A stretch of 60,962 nt of DNA, counting the filler. It is 5 parts of 5 records of this genome, joined end to end, with 100 filler letters (N's around TTAATTAATTAA, not from the genome) between each part and the next. Parts side by side here need not be neighbours in the genome. Positions count along the whole stretch, not along the records: positions 55,567 to 60,962 come from DRR723986_6912; 4 more parts are not named here. One strand, written 5' to 3'. Below, piece by piece: positions 60,961 through 60,962 of the stretch. Made by a program: the position numbers and the translations under genes. The notes beneath the pieces were generated by a model. That model did no database searches. It was given only the letters and a program-made list of their open reading frames with translations, and had not been told where the DNA came from. Within the stretch, counting starts at the first letter, position 1, and each line of letters begins with the position of its first letter.

Positions 60961-60962
60961 CG

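Overview
The window is not one locus. It is five unrelated contigs joined by artificial 100-nt spacers (44 N + TTAATTAATTAA + 44 N at 20740-20839, 30077-30176, 38403-38502 and 55467-55566), so no synteny should be read across the spacers. Contig 1 (1-20739) looks planctomycete (Pirellulaceae-like): GTAG-type REP repeats, LysR with a divergent sulfatase, mnmE, epmA, a VWA-MoxR-glycosyltransferase operon, an ECF sigma/Ser-Thr kinase pair and a delta-60-repeat/dockerin surface protein. Contig 2 (20840-30076) is Rhodobacteraceae-like core genome: SRP RNA, cpdB-like, nudC, SRPBCC, pheA, cycM and yejABE. Contig 3 (30177-38402, high GC) holds an unexplained catabolic cluster: biotin carrier, biotin carboxylase, PxpB/PxpC, a lysine-less BCCP-like protein, PxpA and an SDR, divergent from an RraA-type aldolase and a class I aminotransferase, followed by a decayed IS3. 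Contig 4 (38503-55466, Rhodobacteraceae-like) has an oriC-like AT-rich, IHF/DnaA-box region upstream of uvrC, and a cobalamin-riboswitch operon (btuBFCD-cbiZ-exbBDD-tonB) running into ynjF-ynjBCD. Contig 5 (55567-60962) is a metal-resistance island: NreB-like MFS, an RcnA-like protein without the His loop, a Met/Cys-rich small protein, CusB fused to four CusF-like domains, and cusA. The best candidates for undescribed biology are the contig 3 carboxylase/lactamase-aldolase-transaminase pathway and the CusB-4xCusF fusion. All calls come from motif recognition by eye; no database search was run.
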